Assembly (NCBI RefSeq): GCF_006345805.1
Contig: NC_042998.1
Location: 108,500,001 to 108,564,000 of the forward strand
Source of the DNA: Octopus sinensis
Taxonomy: Eukaryota
DNA length: 64,000 bases
Reading direction: 5' to 3'
Shown here: in pieces, positions 13,870 to 25,441 of the stretch
Layout of the letters: every line of letters begins with the position of its first letter
Numbering within the stretch: the stretch's first letter is position 1
Program-made: the position numbers and the translations under genes
The notes under the pieces: generated by a model
Seen by the model: only the letters and a program-made list of their open reading frames with translations
Databases searched by the model: none
What the model was told of the DNA's origin: nothing

Positions 13870-14280
13870 TGATTATCATTACCACCATTGTTCAAACTAT
13901 AGCATTTAAAATTATCAATAATAATATGGGTCCCGGTATATTGCAGCAGATCTTCGTCACTATTTATCAAATACTCGGCAAGCGTTCTCCTTTCACTTCT
14001 TATACAATAGTCTATACTAATCAGTCCTCTGGCACCACTCCTTCTTTTCATATACAGTCTGTTTATATTTGCAGTTAACACTTAATACTATCTTTTGCGC
14101 TCCCTACATGAATGATGATCCAGGGGTCATTCTCAACTAACTTTTAGTTCATTTACTGGTCATTTCCAGTGCTCCTATAATCACTGGTTTTGTAACTGTG
14201 TTGAGAGTAGGAGAAAGAGAAGCAGATTGGTGAATAGACCAAATTCTATATGTCTGTAAATACCTTCGGTAGATCATCAG
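13870..14280 (-). mobile_element. Two abutting old R4-clade fragments
   Basis: Minus-strand INRLYMKRRSGARGLISIDYCIRSE, and an RLE C-terminal KPVIIGALE-like remnant. Confidence 0.65.
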
Positions 14281-14439
14281 TGGACATTCCTGTGCGATAA
14301 GGGGACAAAAGAGGCCTCACACCTTTGGGGTCAGCTGAGGTGAAATGTGTTTACTACTACTAGCGATCAATGAGCACGCTGACCTTGGTCTTGAAAAGAA
14401 CCAGTTCACCTTGTTCTATTTTTAATTACTGATAGAAAT

Positions 14440-14472
<33 letters not shown>

Positions 14473-14528
14473 TATATATTAAAAGTAATGGTAAGACAAC
14501 AAAAGAATGAAAGAGACATCGTACAAAC

Positions 14529-14583
<55 letters not shown>

Positions 14584-14602
14584 ATAATATATATATATAT
14601 AT

Positions 14603-14913
14603 ATACTAAGCAATAAAGGGTTTAGCAACGAATTGCCTTACCACATACCGAATTTAGAAATAGCAGTCAAAGAGTTATAGCTATTTCTTCTACTAAAAAG
14701 GGAGATCTCAGTAAAAACAGCAATTGGAAGGCAGACACAAACAGGTAAGAGAGAATGAAATTCTCTCTTACCTGTTTGTGTCTGCCTTCCAATTGCTGTT
14801 TTTACTGAGATCTCCCTTTTTAGTAGAAGAAATAGCTATAACTCTTTGACTGCTATTTCTAAATTCGGTATGTGGTAAGGCAATTCGTTGCTAAAACCTT
14901 TATTGCTTAGTAT
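14603..14913. repeat. Near-perfect inverted repeat: 154-bp arms, 3-nt loop
   Basis: 14603-14756 is the reverse complement of 14760-14913, with one mismatch (aaagggttt vs aaaggtttt); loop gaa. Confidence 0.97.
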
Positions 14914-15009
14914 TACTTAAATTTTCCTCGAATGAGGCTTTTACATGCCGAAGACTACTTGGTGTAATTGATAATTATTCCAAATTAATTAATTTCACCC
15001 TTCATTATT

Positions 15010-15043
<34 letters not shown>

Positions 15044-15045
<2 letters not shown>

Positions 15046-15403
15046 GGGTTCAGAATTCCACTATAAACAAGGTGAAATATTTAAGATCAAATCAGATTTC
15101 ACCTGTGCCTCGGAAAATCTTATCTATGCCATTATATGCTTAGGGTGTGGTCATAATTATATTGGCCAAACAGAAATATCCCTCTGTCGAAGAACCACTC
15201 TCCCTAAAGAACAAATCTGCTACGCACAATACAGACAGATACAGGTTAGTGAACACATAGAATGGTGTGCTAGGAATCTTAATCCTAATTTCCTAATTTT
15301 CCCCTTCTATCAATGTTCACAGAACACCTCAGTACAACAACGAATGAATAAAGAGGCAGCTTTCATCAATAAATATCTTCCACAACTCAATATGAACACA
15401 TAA
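15044..15403 (+). pseudogene. Penelope-like element GIY-YIG endonuclease domain; 5'-truncated but in one open frame, followed by a pLTR-like 3' region to ~15825
   Basis: Manual translation: GSEFHYKQGEIFKIKSDFTCASENLIYAIICLGCGHNYIGQTE...QRMNKEAAFINKYLPQLNMNT*. No ATG, so absent from the ORF track. Confidence 0.88.
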
Positions 15404-15840
15404 CATAATACAGAACACTACTAACCTTTCAATTAATACCACTAACCCCCATACATCCCATACACCATTCACATTACAGATCTATATCTAGCCTAATTGT
15501 ACCAAATCCAGAACTACTTACCTCCCTTGCACATAATTGTTTTACTCAGGGAATAGTATACCTGACATCGTTCATTAATCGGTGTGCATTCAAAGCAATA
15601 ATTAGTAAATTCACGAAACCGGTATGCTTTTGAATCTCTTTAACAATTCACAATAATGACTCTTATTACTTTTATTCCTACCTCAGTTCATCTAATTGTA
15701 TCTATCGTTACTTTTCATAAAAGCCTTTACTTTTTTTGATTTTCAATGTGCATTTTCGCTTATTTTCTTCTTACTTTCCCCTTACGTGTAGTTTCTATTT
15801 TCTTTTTGTAACATATTTCTATTATATATATATATATATA

Positions 15841-16235
15841 TACTAGCAGTATCGCCCGGCGTTGCTCGGGTTTGTAAGGGAAATAACTATATAAGCATTT
15901 TTAGAGAGTTATAGCCAAAAAATAGCAAAAAATGCATTAAAAATGGAAAAAAAATGATGGTAATTTTTTTAAAATCGTTGACTCATCGTAGACATTTTTA
16001 GAGAGTTACTTCCCTTATATAATAGCGAAACAAATGCATTAAAATGGAAAATAATGATGGTAAATGTTTTTAAAAATCGTAGACTCATCGTAGACGCGCG
16101 CTAATACCCAGAAGGGCTCGATATGAATCACGACTATAAGATACCTGGTTTTGGTTAAACTGCACCGCAAAATGTGGGAGTAGTTATGAATCTAAATCGT
16201 AGGAGACAGACACACAGCTTGACTTTTATATATAA

Positions 16236-16239
<4 letters not shown>
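15841..16239 (+). mobile_element. Helentron/DINE-1-type non-autonomous element
   Basis: Starts tactagcagtatcgcccggcgttgctcggg (short stem-loop); internal ~98-bp tandem duplication; ends gacagacacac...cttttatatataaagat. Confidence 0.65.
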
Positions 16240-16297
<58 letters not shown>

Positions 16298-16389
16298 TTC
16301 TTTACTACCCACAAGGGGCCAAACACAGAATTTTTGCACTTATACCCATAACAATGACACTTAGGAAAGATGGGTTACCGGTGTGGGAA

Positions 16390-16890
16390 GTAAGGTCCAT
16401 TATTGAACCATCTACTGCTTATGGATGACTTGAAATTGTTTGGGAAATCTGAAAAACAGCTAGATTCCTTAACCAAAACAATCCAGAAGTGTTGTAGGGA
16501 CATCGGTATGGAATTTGGGATTACCAAATGCTCAGTACTTAATATGAAAAGAGGGAAGAAAGCATCCTGCAGAGGATTGCGGTTACCACCAGGAGAGACC
16601 ATGGGCGAACCCGACAGTAGTGAGTACAGATATTTAGGGATTTTGGAGCTGGATGACATTCTACACAGAGAAATGAAAGTCAAGGTCAGCGAGGGTTGTC
16701 AAGAAAAGCGTGAAGATGGTGTTGAAATCCAATCTGAATGTCAAAATTTGATTACTGCAATGAATATATGAGCAGTTGCGGTGGTCAGATATAGTGCGTC
16801 CATCCTCAAATGGACTAACGAGGAAATATCAACACCGGATAGAAAAACGAGAAAGTTGATGACGCTGCATGGTTTGTTACAACGCACGTC
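16390..16890 (+). mobile_element. Old R4-clade RT fragment
   Basis: NHLLLMDDLKLFGKSEKQLDSL...GMEFGITKC...YRYLGILE. Confidence 0.85.
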
Positions 16891-16981
16891 TTAAGGAAAG
16901 TAATATCTGTCTAAGATCCTTGTTGTGATTTACAGATGACTAAAGACTTCCGTGCATCTTTATCTACACTGAATTACGAAG

Positions 16982-17070
<89 letters not shown>

Positions 17071-17470
17071 GTTGTCAGAGATCATGAAGAAAAAAAATGC
17101 TTTCTAATTGATGTATCAATACCGGCAGATGACGACGTGTCTCTAAAAGAAATGGAGAAACTCTCAAAATACAAAGACCTGGAAATAGAGATAACTAGAA
17201 TGTGGAACCTGAAAACAGAAACAATTCCTATCATAGTAGGTGCATTAGGCATGATAAAAAGATATTCAGACAAATACATAACAAAAACACCAGGACTTAC
17301 AAACACATATAACATACAGAAAATTGCACTACTAGGCACTGCACACATCCTACGCAGAACACTTCCCATACAATAACCATCAGAGCATCACAACAAATCA
17401 CAGCACATACCCAAGGCACACAGAGCTGCGCTCGGTAGTGAAGTGAAAGCACGCTATAAAAATAAAACTA

Positions 17471-17473
<3 letters not shown>
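17071..17473 (+). mobile_element. R4/Dong family A, copy 3 (5'-truncated to ~400 bp)
   Basis: VVRDHEEKKCFLIDVSIP...GTAHILRRTLPIQ* plus the full 3'UTR; (AAT)n on both sides. Confidence 0.95.
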
Positions 17474-17541
<68 letters not shown>

Positions 17542-19448
17542 GCTCCAAACAAAAGAGGGACTTGTGAAAAACCAAAGCCATCCCCATTAGAAGAGGAATA
17601 TTCCAGGGGGATACGCTCTCTCCACTTCTTTTCTGCTTGGCACTGTCACCTCTATCGGGTATGCTAAACAGAACTGGATGCGGATATAAATGTTACGGCA
17701 AAACGATCAGCCACCTTTTATATATGGATGACCTAAAACTATACGCTACAAATGACAAACAGCTGGAAACACTACTAAAGACAGTTCATGGATTTACCAA
17801 AGAAATAGATATGAAATTTGGATTAGAGAAATGCGCTAAAGTAACCCTGAAAAGAGGAAAACTAGTTAAGAGTAGCAACATCACACTAGATAAAACCAAT
17901 GAAATAAAATTAGACCAAAGCCAAACTTACAAATACTTAGAAATCCATGAACTAGATAAGACACAATACACACAAATGAAAGAGAAAATAAAAAACGAAT
18001 ATTTCAGACTAATTAGATCAATACTGAAAACAGAGCTCAATGCTAAAAGCAAGATTATAGGTATCAACACTTTAGCCGTCCCAGTTATAAATTACAACTA
18101 CAATATCCTTAACTGGACACGAAATGAACTGACCAAAATAGATAGGAAAACAAGAAAAATAATGACAGGATCTAGGATGCATCACACAAATCTGACATAG
18201 AAAGGCTATATATACAACGGATAGAAGGTGGTAGAGGCCTTATACAGCTGGAAAACTACTATAAAATAACCACAATAGGACTGCAAAAATATCTACTTCA
18301 GAAGGAAGGAAAACTGATACAAATAGCGGCAAAACACGAGCAAAACAAAAAACTGTTCTCAGTATTTAAGGAAGCTGACAAATACAAACAAGAAATCATA
18401 CTACCTAACAAATATGAAGAAGAAGAAGAAGAAGAAGAAGAAGAAGAAGAAGAAGAAGAAGAAGAAGAAGAAGAAGAAGAAGAAGAAGAAGAAGAAGAAG
18501 AAGAAGAAGAAGAAGAAGAAACAACAAAAGCTATAAAACAAATGAAATCCAAACTAAAAAGCGAACAGCAACGAACCATGATAAAACGATGGGAAGAAAA
18601 GCCCCTTCATGGCAAATACTGGACTAAACTAAATGCAAACGAAATAGACAAAGAAAATCCCAGCAATGGTTGAGAAGCTCAGGACTCAAAGCAGAGACAG
18701 AAGGATTTTTAATTGCAGCACAAGACCAAAGCCTCCCCACCAGAAATTACCAAAACATGTAATGAAAAGAAATATAACAAGTAACTGCAGAATATGTGGA
18801 GATGGACAAGAAACAATAATTGATATTATTTCTGGCTGCCCAGTCCTAGCTAAGAAGGAATATATTCACAGACACGAGAGAATTGGGACCAACATACACT
18901 GGAAACTATGCCAACATTATGAAATAACAACAGAAAAAAAATGGTATAGGCACACACCAGAAAAGGTCACAGAAATCGGGAAAGCAACCATACTCTGGGA
19001 TATGCCAATACACACAGATAGAGAAATTAAGGCCAACAGACCAGATATAGTTGTCAGAGATCATGAAGAAAAAAAATGTTTCCTAATTGATGTATCAATA
19101 CCAGCGGATGACAACGTGTCTCTAAAAGAAATGGGGAAACTTTCAAAATACAAAGACCTGGAAATAGAGGTAACCAGAATGTGGAATCTAAAAACAGAAA
19201 CAATTCCTATCATAGTAGGTGCATTAGGCATGATAAAAAAATATTCAGACAAATACATAACAAAAACACCAGGACTTACAAACACATATAACAGAAAATT
19301 GCACTACTAGGCACTGCACACATCCTACGCAGAACACTTAACATACAATAACCATCAGAGCATCACGACAAATCACAGCACATACCTAAAGCACACAGAG
19401 CTGCGCTCGGTAGTGAAGTGAAAGCACGCTATAAAAATAAAACTACTG
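17542..19448 (+). mobile_element. R4/Dong family A, copy 4 (5'-truncated, ~1.9 kb)
   Basis: RT motif YMDD, long (GAA)n tract, CCHC, RLE and 3'UTR ending aaaactactgaataa; preceded by (AAT)n. Confidence 0.95.
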
Positions 19449-19457
19449 AATAATAAA

Positions 19458-19706
19458 AGACCCCCTTCGGTCATGAATGACCATGGGATTGCACCTAGAA
19501 AGTTACCCTCCTAGACACAAGTCCGGGCAAGATTGTTTATGGAAGACCAGCAGTCGCCCATGCATACCAGCCTCCCCTCTCCACGCCACTGATGTTATCC
19601 AAGGGAAAGACAAAGGTCGATACAGCTTGGCAGCAGTGACGTCGCAACTCATTTCTACAGCTGAGTGAACTGGAGCAACGTGAAATAAAGTGCCTTGCTC
19701 AAGAAC

Positions 19707-19708
<2 letters not shown>
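19458..19708 (-). mobile_element. SINE body, family S3; tRNA head missing, replaced by (AAT)n
   Basis: Minus strand cttgagcaaggcactttatttcacgttgctccagttcactcagctgtagaaatgagt resembles conserved SINE central domains (from memory, unverified). Confidence 0.6.
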
Positions 19709-19755
<47 letters not shown>

Positions 19756-19802
19756 TAATAATAATAATAATAATAATAACAATAATAATAGTAATAATAA
19801 TA

Positions 19803-20359
19803 AATGTCCTAATGCAGTACCAGGCGTGGCTCTCATGGCTTCTGATCTTAACTGATTGGAAGTGTTATCATATACTTTGTTTTGTCTTGGTATAAAAGAT
19901 GGTCTACAGCAAATATTCTGCTCAATTCCACAGATCTTCTTGTCAATTGTTTGACCGTAACCAGTTGAGCATGTCCTTTAGTGGATGACGATATGTACAT
20001 CTCTGATCACAAGCAGAAGTAGTGGGGAGCATCATAGCCATGTGTTGAGAGGAATACTTTGGGGTTTGGATACTTCACCTTTGAAAACATGGGTATTTCG
20101 TTCAACATCCTTAAACAACCCTTTTTCAAAGACCCTTTCAGCAGGATGAACTATTGAACCTGAAAAAAATTCTAACTGGGTCCCACCTGTAGGTATCATG
20201 TGCTGTTTATCATGATATGAGATCACAATGTTACGCGCATATGGTTGTGGTGCAGGTACCGTGGTGTGCCCTTATCAGACGGGTTATCATGATGGGTATA
20301 CTGGGCTTCGTATATTTTACTCCAGTGTCACTTTGACGGCATGCACTGCTCTCTCCCTC
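19803..20359 (+). mobile_element. ~550-bp non-coding element E, copy 2
   Basis: Colinear with copies 1 and 3; (AAT)n on both sides. Confidence 0.88.
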
Positions 20360-20419
20360 AATAATAATAATTATTACTATTATCATTTCGAATTTTTGTC
20401 ACAAGAGCAGTTTGGGTGA

Positions 20420-20600
20420 GGTGGGGATGAGCCGATTACATTGACCCCCCCAGTCGTCTTCAATTGGACCTTATTTTTTCGACCCCAAAAGGCAAAGTTG
20501 ACCTCGGCGGAATTTGATCTCGGAAGGTAGCGACGGGCGAAATGCCGTTAAGTATTTCGTCCAGCGTGCTAAAGATTCTGCCAACTTGCCACCGCCTAAT
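20420..20600 (-). mobile_element. SINE, family S1
   Basis: caaagttgacctcggcggaatttga...gcgaaatgcc...aagtatttcgtccagcgtgcta is the reverse complement of S1. Confidence 0.85.
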
Positions 20601-20608
20601 AATAATGG

Positions 20609-20650
<42 letters not shown>

Positions 20651-20820
20651 CGACGACGACGACGACGACGACAACGACGACGACGCCGACGACAACGACG
20701 ACGACGACAACGACGACGACGACGACGACGATGATGACGACGACGACGACGACGACGACGACAACGACGACGACGACGATGATGATGATGATAAGGATGA
20801 TGATGATAATGAGGATGATG
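20609..20820. repeat. Compound (GAT)n/(GAC)n microsatellite
   Basis: Direct reading; source of the poly-D/T/M/S/V ORFs. Confidence 0.97.
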
Positions 20821-21977
20821 GTGTTGGTGGTAATTTCTTTATTCTTCCACCAGCAACAAATGAGAGAGATCAGCCAGATGAAAAAGTGTGAGGGTTTTGA
20901 AAAAAAAAAAAAAAAGAAGCTCAATTTCAGAATGTCTCGATAAAAGATAGAAGGAAACCATTTTACTTACATTTAGTTATGAATCACATAAACCCTGTAA
21001 AAATTCATATTTAGAACTATATTTTAAAAGAGCAGAATTTCTTCTAAAAAGTGAAATTCTCTGGCAATTATTTTAGATACTTTCAGCGTTAGTTAGTGTG
21101 CCAGAAGAAATGTATTGCCGAACTCTTAAAGATTTATATCGACTTACCAGTGATCGGTTGACGTCAGTTGTTTTGGTAGCCAATAAACAATCGTTACTAA
21201 TCTACTGTAAATGATATATGTTTTTTATTGGTTAGTGGAAAATTCTTGAAAAATATTACTTAGAAAAACAATTTACTATCGACATTCTTTCTAAATAAAC
21301 ATCAATAACACGCCTTTGATTTACGTTTAATGATTAAGAACCTTAGAAAAGTTTGGCTGCTTACCAAACACTATCTTGAAAGCTATCAGAAAAACAATGA
21401 TCCTACCTGTTAATTTTATTCATTTTAGTATGTCAAATTTTGTGATCACATTAATTAGTCTTGGTTTATACGCTTATACATATCACTTCATAAGCATATT
21501 ATTATTTTGGTTCTAAAGAGTTGCATGTGGATAATCAACTTCTATAGAAAGTTATCTATTCAAGTTCCTTGAGAATCTTTTGACAGAGTCTCTCATATTT
21601 TTTCTTCTCCCCTGACTATGAGCATATAAGTCTCATATTCATATCGACATTAAAGATAGAACTTTGAATTAGTTAATGGAAGTTTGACACCTTTTTGGTA
21701 TTCTGTCAGAGACTGAATATGACTTGTAATTAATTATAGAGAAAAACAATATTAAAATTTAAAAACTACATATATAATATAAGTTATTGAAGGAAAAAGC
21801 ATCATAAACATGAAAAATATTTATGGGGGTGTAATTATAATCCCTGCAGAATATTCTGTGTGCAATATTGAATTTGCTGAAGCAGATGATTATAGCACTT
21901 ATAGTTTGGAAGCTTACTTTACAAAAACAACTTTTATTTGTGTGTGTGAATGAGTGAGTGAGCGAGCGAGTGAGTGA

Positions 21978-22023
<46 letters not shown>

Positions 22024-22656
22024 ATATTTAGACAAACAATAGAGGACTTAAACTAATACCCGAATTTAAGGATGAGAAATATTATAGATTATGAAATGGA
22101 ATATTATTTCAAAACAGTTCAAGAATAGATAGTTAGCAAATGTGGTTAGAATGCCAAAGTTTAATAACAAAATTGAAGCTAAATTTCTACAAAGAGACTA
22201 AATAGATACATTTTTGTTTTTTAGTTTAGTTTGAAACAGTGAGTTAATAACTTATACCGATCAATCGTGTTTGGCGCGGTCGGCGCAGTCAATAGTTTAC
22301 GTGATTAGATGCATGTTGACAGCTGCGAGAAAGTATGGGTAGTGGAAATACGGTTGGAGGATATGAGGAGTAAGAAGCGATAATAGATATTTATACGAGG
22401 CCTCAGTTGTACAAAATATAAATGAAGATAGATGTGAGTCATGACATTCTAAGAAATTGAGACTAAGGTAAATAACAAAAGAAAAGACAGTGAAGGAAAA
22501 TCACACTCATTAACACATCCACCCTAACTCATGTATCCATAAATACATATTGAATGTAATTTCCCGCTTGTCCACTTAGAGATAATCAAATTGTATAAAA
22601 GCATAGGATCTCTAAGCCAGTCGAAGAAAGGCCTATAAGCTTCCGAAGCGTCATAC

Positions 22657-22687
<31 letters not shown>

Positions 22688-22747
22688 TGTATGTATGTAT
22701 GTATGTATGTATGTATGCATGTATGTATATATATATATATAATATAT

Positions 22748-22813
<66 letters not shown>

Positions 22814-25406
22814 GTGTGCATATATATATACATATACATAGGTATCGTGATGGAAACAGGAAAAATAGAACTCAAAATATGAGAATATGTATATTTTTAT
22901 TATTATTTAGCAGAAGTAACAGAGTTTGACAAGTGCCAACGTAGAAAATTCTCGGACCTTGAGTCACTCTATTACTTTTGCTAAATATTGATAAAATATA
23001 TACACACACACACACACATACACACATAATAAACACACACACACATAATAACGATAATCTTTGGATGGAATTTATAAACATATAACGCATCGCTACGCGC
23101 GTTTCCACAGATCACATGTCTGTTAAGAACACGTGATTTTAAGATTTCTGTGGTTTGTGGAAAGGTGCGTCGCGATGCATTACATGTTTATAGATTCCAT
23201 CCAAGCATTATTGCTATTATTATAATATTTATCCTATATTACATCGGTGCATCTCGATGCAACACCGACAGACCGGTTCACCAGTCAGCATCTTGTGGTC
23301 GGCATAATAGAATAGAAGCGTTATTTTTTCTAGCAACAAGACCATTCCTAAAGCGTTTCCTGATACTTTTGGGTACCTCCACGTACTATGAACACACGAT
23401 TAAACTTTATACATTAAATAGATAATTGCAATTTTGCTTTGCAACGTAATTTTCTCCAAGTGGGTTCCACATCCTAACTGAATGAAGAAATGTATAGTGA
23501 TTGCTTTACTATTATTATTATAATTATCTTATTGCTAAGATATTTCAATATATTTACATTTGTGTATCATGACTGTAAGTTCTAAAAAGATTTAGTTCAC
23601 TAGAAAAGAAAACAACAAAAATCAAACGAGAAAGGAAGATAAAATGCGTAGGAATTCGGACGCTAGCGACAAATCTAGTAATTAATTTGAGTTTTATTGT
23701 TTTCATGAAAGGGAATTCAGCTATTGGATTACCAGTAAAACTTGACAACTAATCACATTGTAATTGTTTCACATTACTTGTTTCCTTGTATATCATCTCC
23801 AACAAATTAATCATATTTAAGAGATAGTAAATGTTGACCTTATTTCATTTGGTATTCATTTCATCAACAGAAACGCAAAAGATAACACTGGTTCCAGATT
23901 CAAATTGATGAAATTTCTGAACCTTGAAGAAATTTTTCTGCAATTATTTTAATTAACTAAAATGTAAGGCATGTTTGATCTGAGAACGTGAAGCGTTTGC
24001 ACATTAAAACAACAATTAAGTATATTAAAATCCTTCGTTACATCAAATTAATGAGGACATTACTTATTTTCTGATATTATCCAAGGTAATCATCACCAGT
24101 TTAATTACTATTTCGATGGTATAAGCAATCCTATAAACATATCTACCTGAGCCGCACCCCCTTGATATAAAATGGTACTGCTCAGAATGTTTTATCGCCT
24201 AGACGTGTTTGCCGCAGGTAGTTCTTTTGTTTCTCCTTTTAAAATATTAAGAAAATATCATATGATTTGTGTTTGTTTTCATTCTCCGCTTTCTGAGTGT
24301 CTCTATTTTCATACGTTTTATGCCTGGTGATCATACACGATATTAATAGCTGGCAGGAGTCAAAGACTTATGTACATCTATTAACTGCCTGAGAGTTGAG
24401 TACATCTAACAAATTCTATTGACAACAGAATCTGTAGAGCAGAATCGGTCAGACTTGTGGCATTTAGCAACCTCTGGTTACATTCTGAGTTTTTCAAATG
24501 CTACTAGGATTGGTTTTATCTTTCATTCCATCAAGATAAATAAAATATGTGCAACTCAAGTAATACGGGTGATTAAATTTACTCCTACCTGAACCATGTG
24601 TATGGAGCAATGTTCGAAAATTACAACGATTAAATTATCAAGAGCTTTGCGATATTTTAGAATTAATTCAGGTTGGGTAATGATAATTTCCCCATAGCTC
24701 AGTATGCTACTCGATTATCAATTGAAATGAAAATTCATAAGCTTATTTATATAATGTAGCTACTTGTCATATCAAAGTAGAGACAACTTCTGTTTACTTT
24801 TCCAAGTGTTCTCAATTCTTTTACAACTTCAAATACATTTTAATCTGAGTAATTTTTATATAACTTTGTTTTAACTCTGATATCTTAGCTCAGATATCAA
24901 TTCTTTTGACTTAATATAACCAATGTGCTAGGATGAAGTTTAGTATTTGTCATTATCGCGACTGAATATTCAATCAGGCTATTAGAAGTATTTAGTTTTT
25001 CAGCAGATATTTTTGTTAAAGATATAGGTAATTGATTTCCTTGGAAAGCATATATTTAAATCTTAATTTTGTCATAGAAGAAGATACCATGCTCACTCAA
25101 GAAAATTCTTTAAAAAGCTGTGCGATTTTAGAAAACAATATGTTATTTTCGCAGAAACTTTGCAGAAAGGTAATGTAATTTTGGAGGCAAATTTCTGCAT
25201 ATCGTAGTAATACATCTTAATCGGTTAATTAATCTGCCAGTGTGCTGAAACATTTCTGTAAAAGCTGATAAACGATCTAAAATATTAGATATTCGAAAAA
25301 GGAATAGAGAAATGGAGGAATTGTTCAGTTGAAAAGCAAAGGACAATTTAAGTCAAATCTCCCAATTTATAAATTGAACACACACACGCACGCACGCGCG
25401 CGCGCG

Positions 25407-25441
<35 letters not shown>

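Noticed and set aside
19803-19870. HDV-like ribozyme or U2-like origin for the 5' end of element E
   Set aside because: Only a partial L3-like resemblance (ggctc(t/c)c(a/g)tggc), with no P1/P2 partners found by hand; similarity within chance
20460-20943. Overlapping poly-D/T/S/V ORFs
   Set aside because: Read-through of (GAT/GAC)n plus SINE sequence
22620-22655. gtcgaagaaagg...cttccgaagcgtc, PLE-end or hammerhead-like
   Set aside because: Core and stems too decayed
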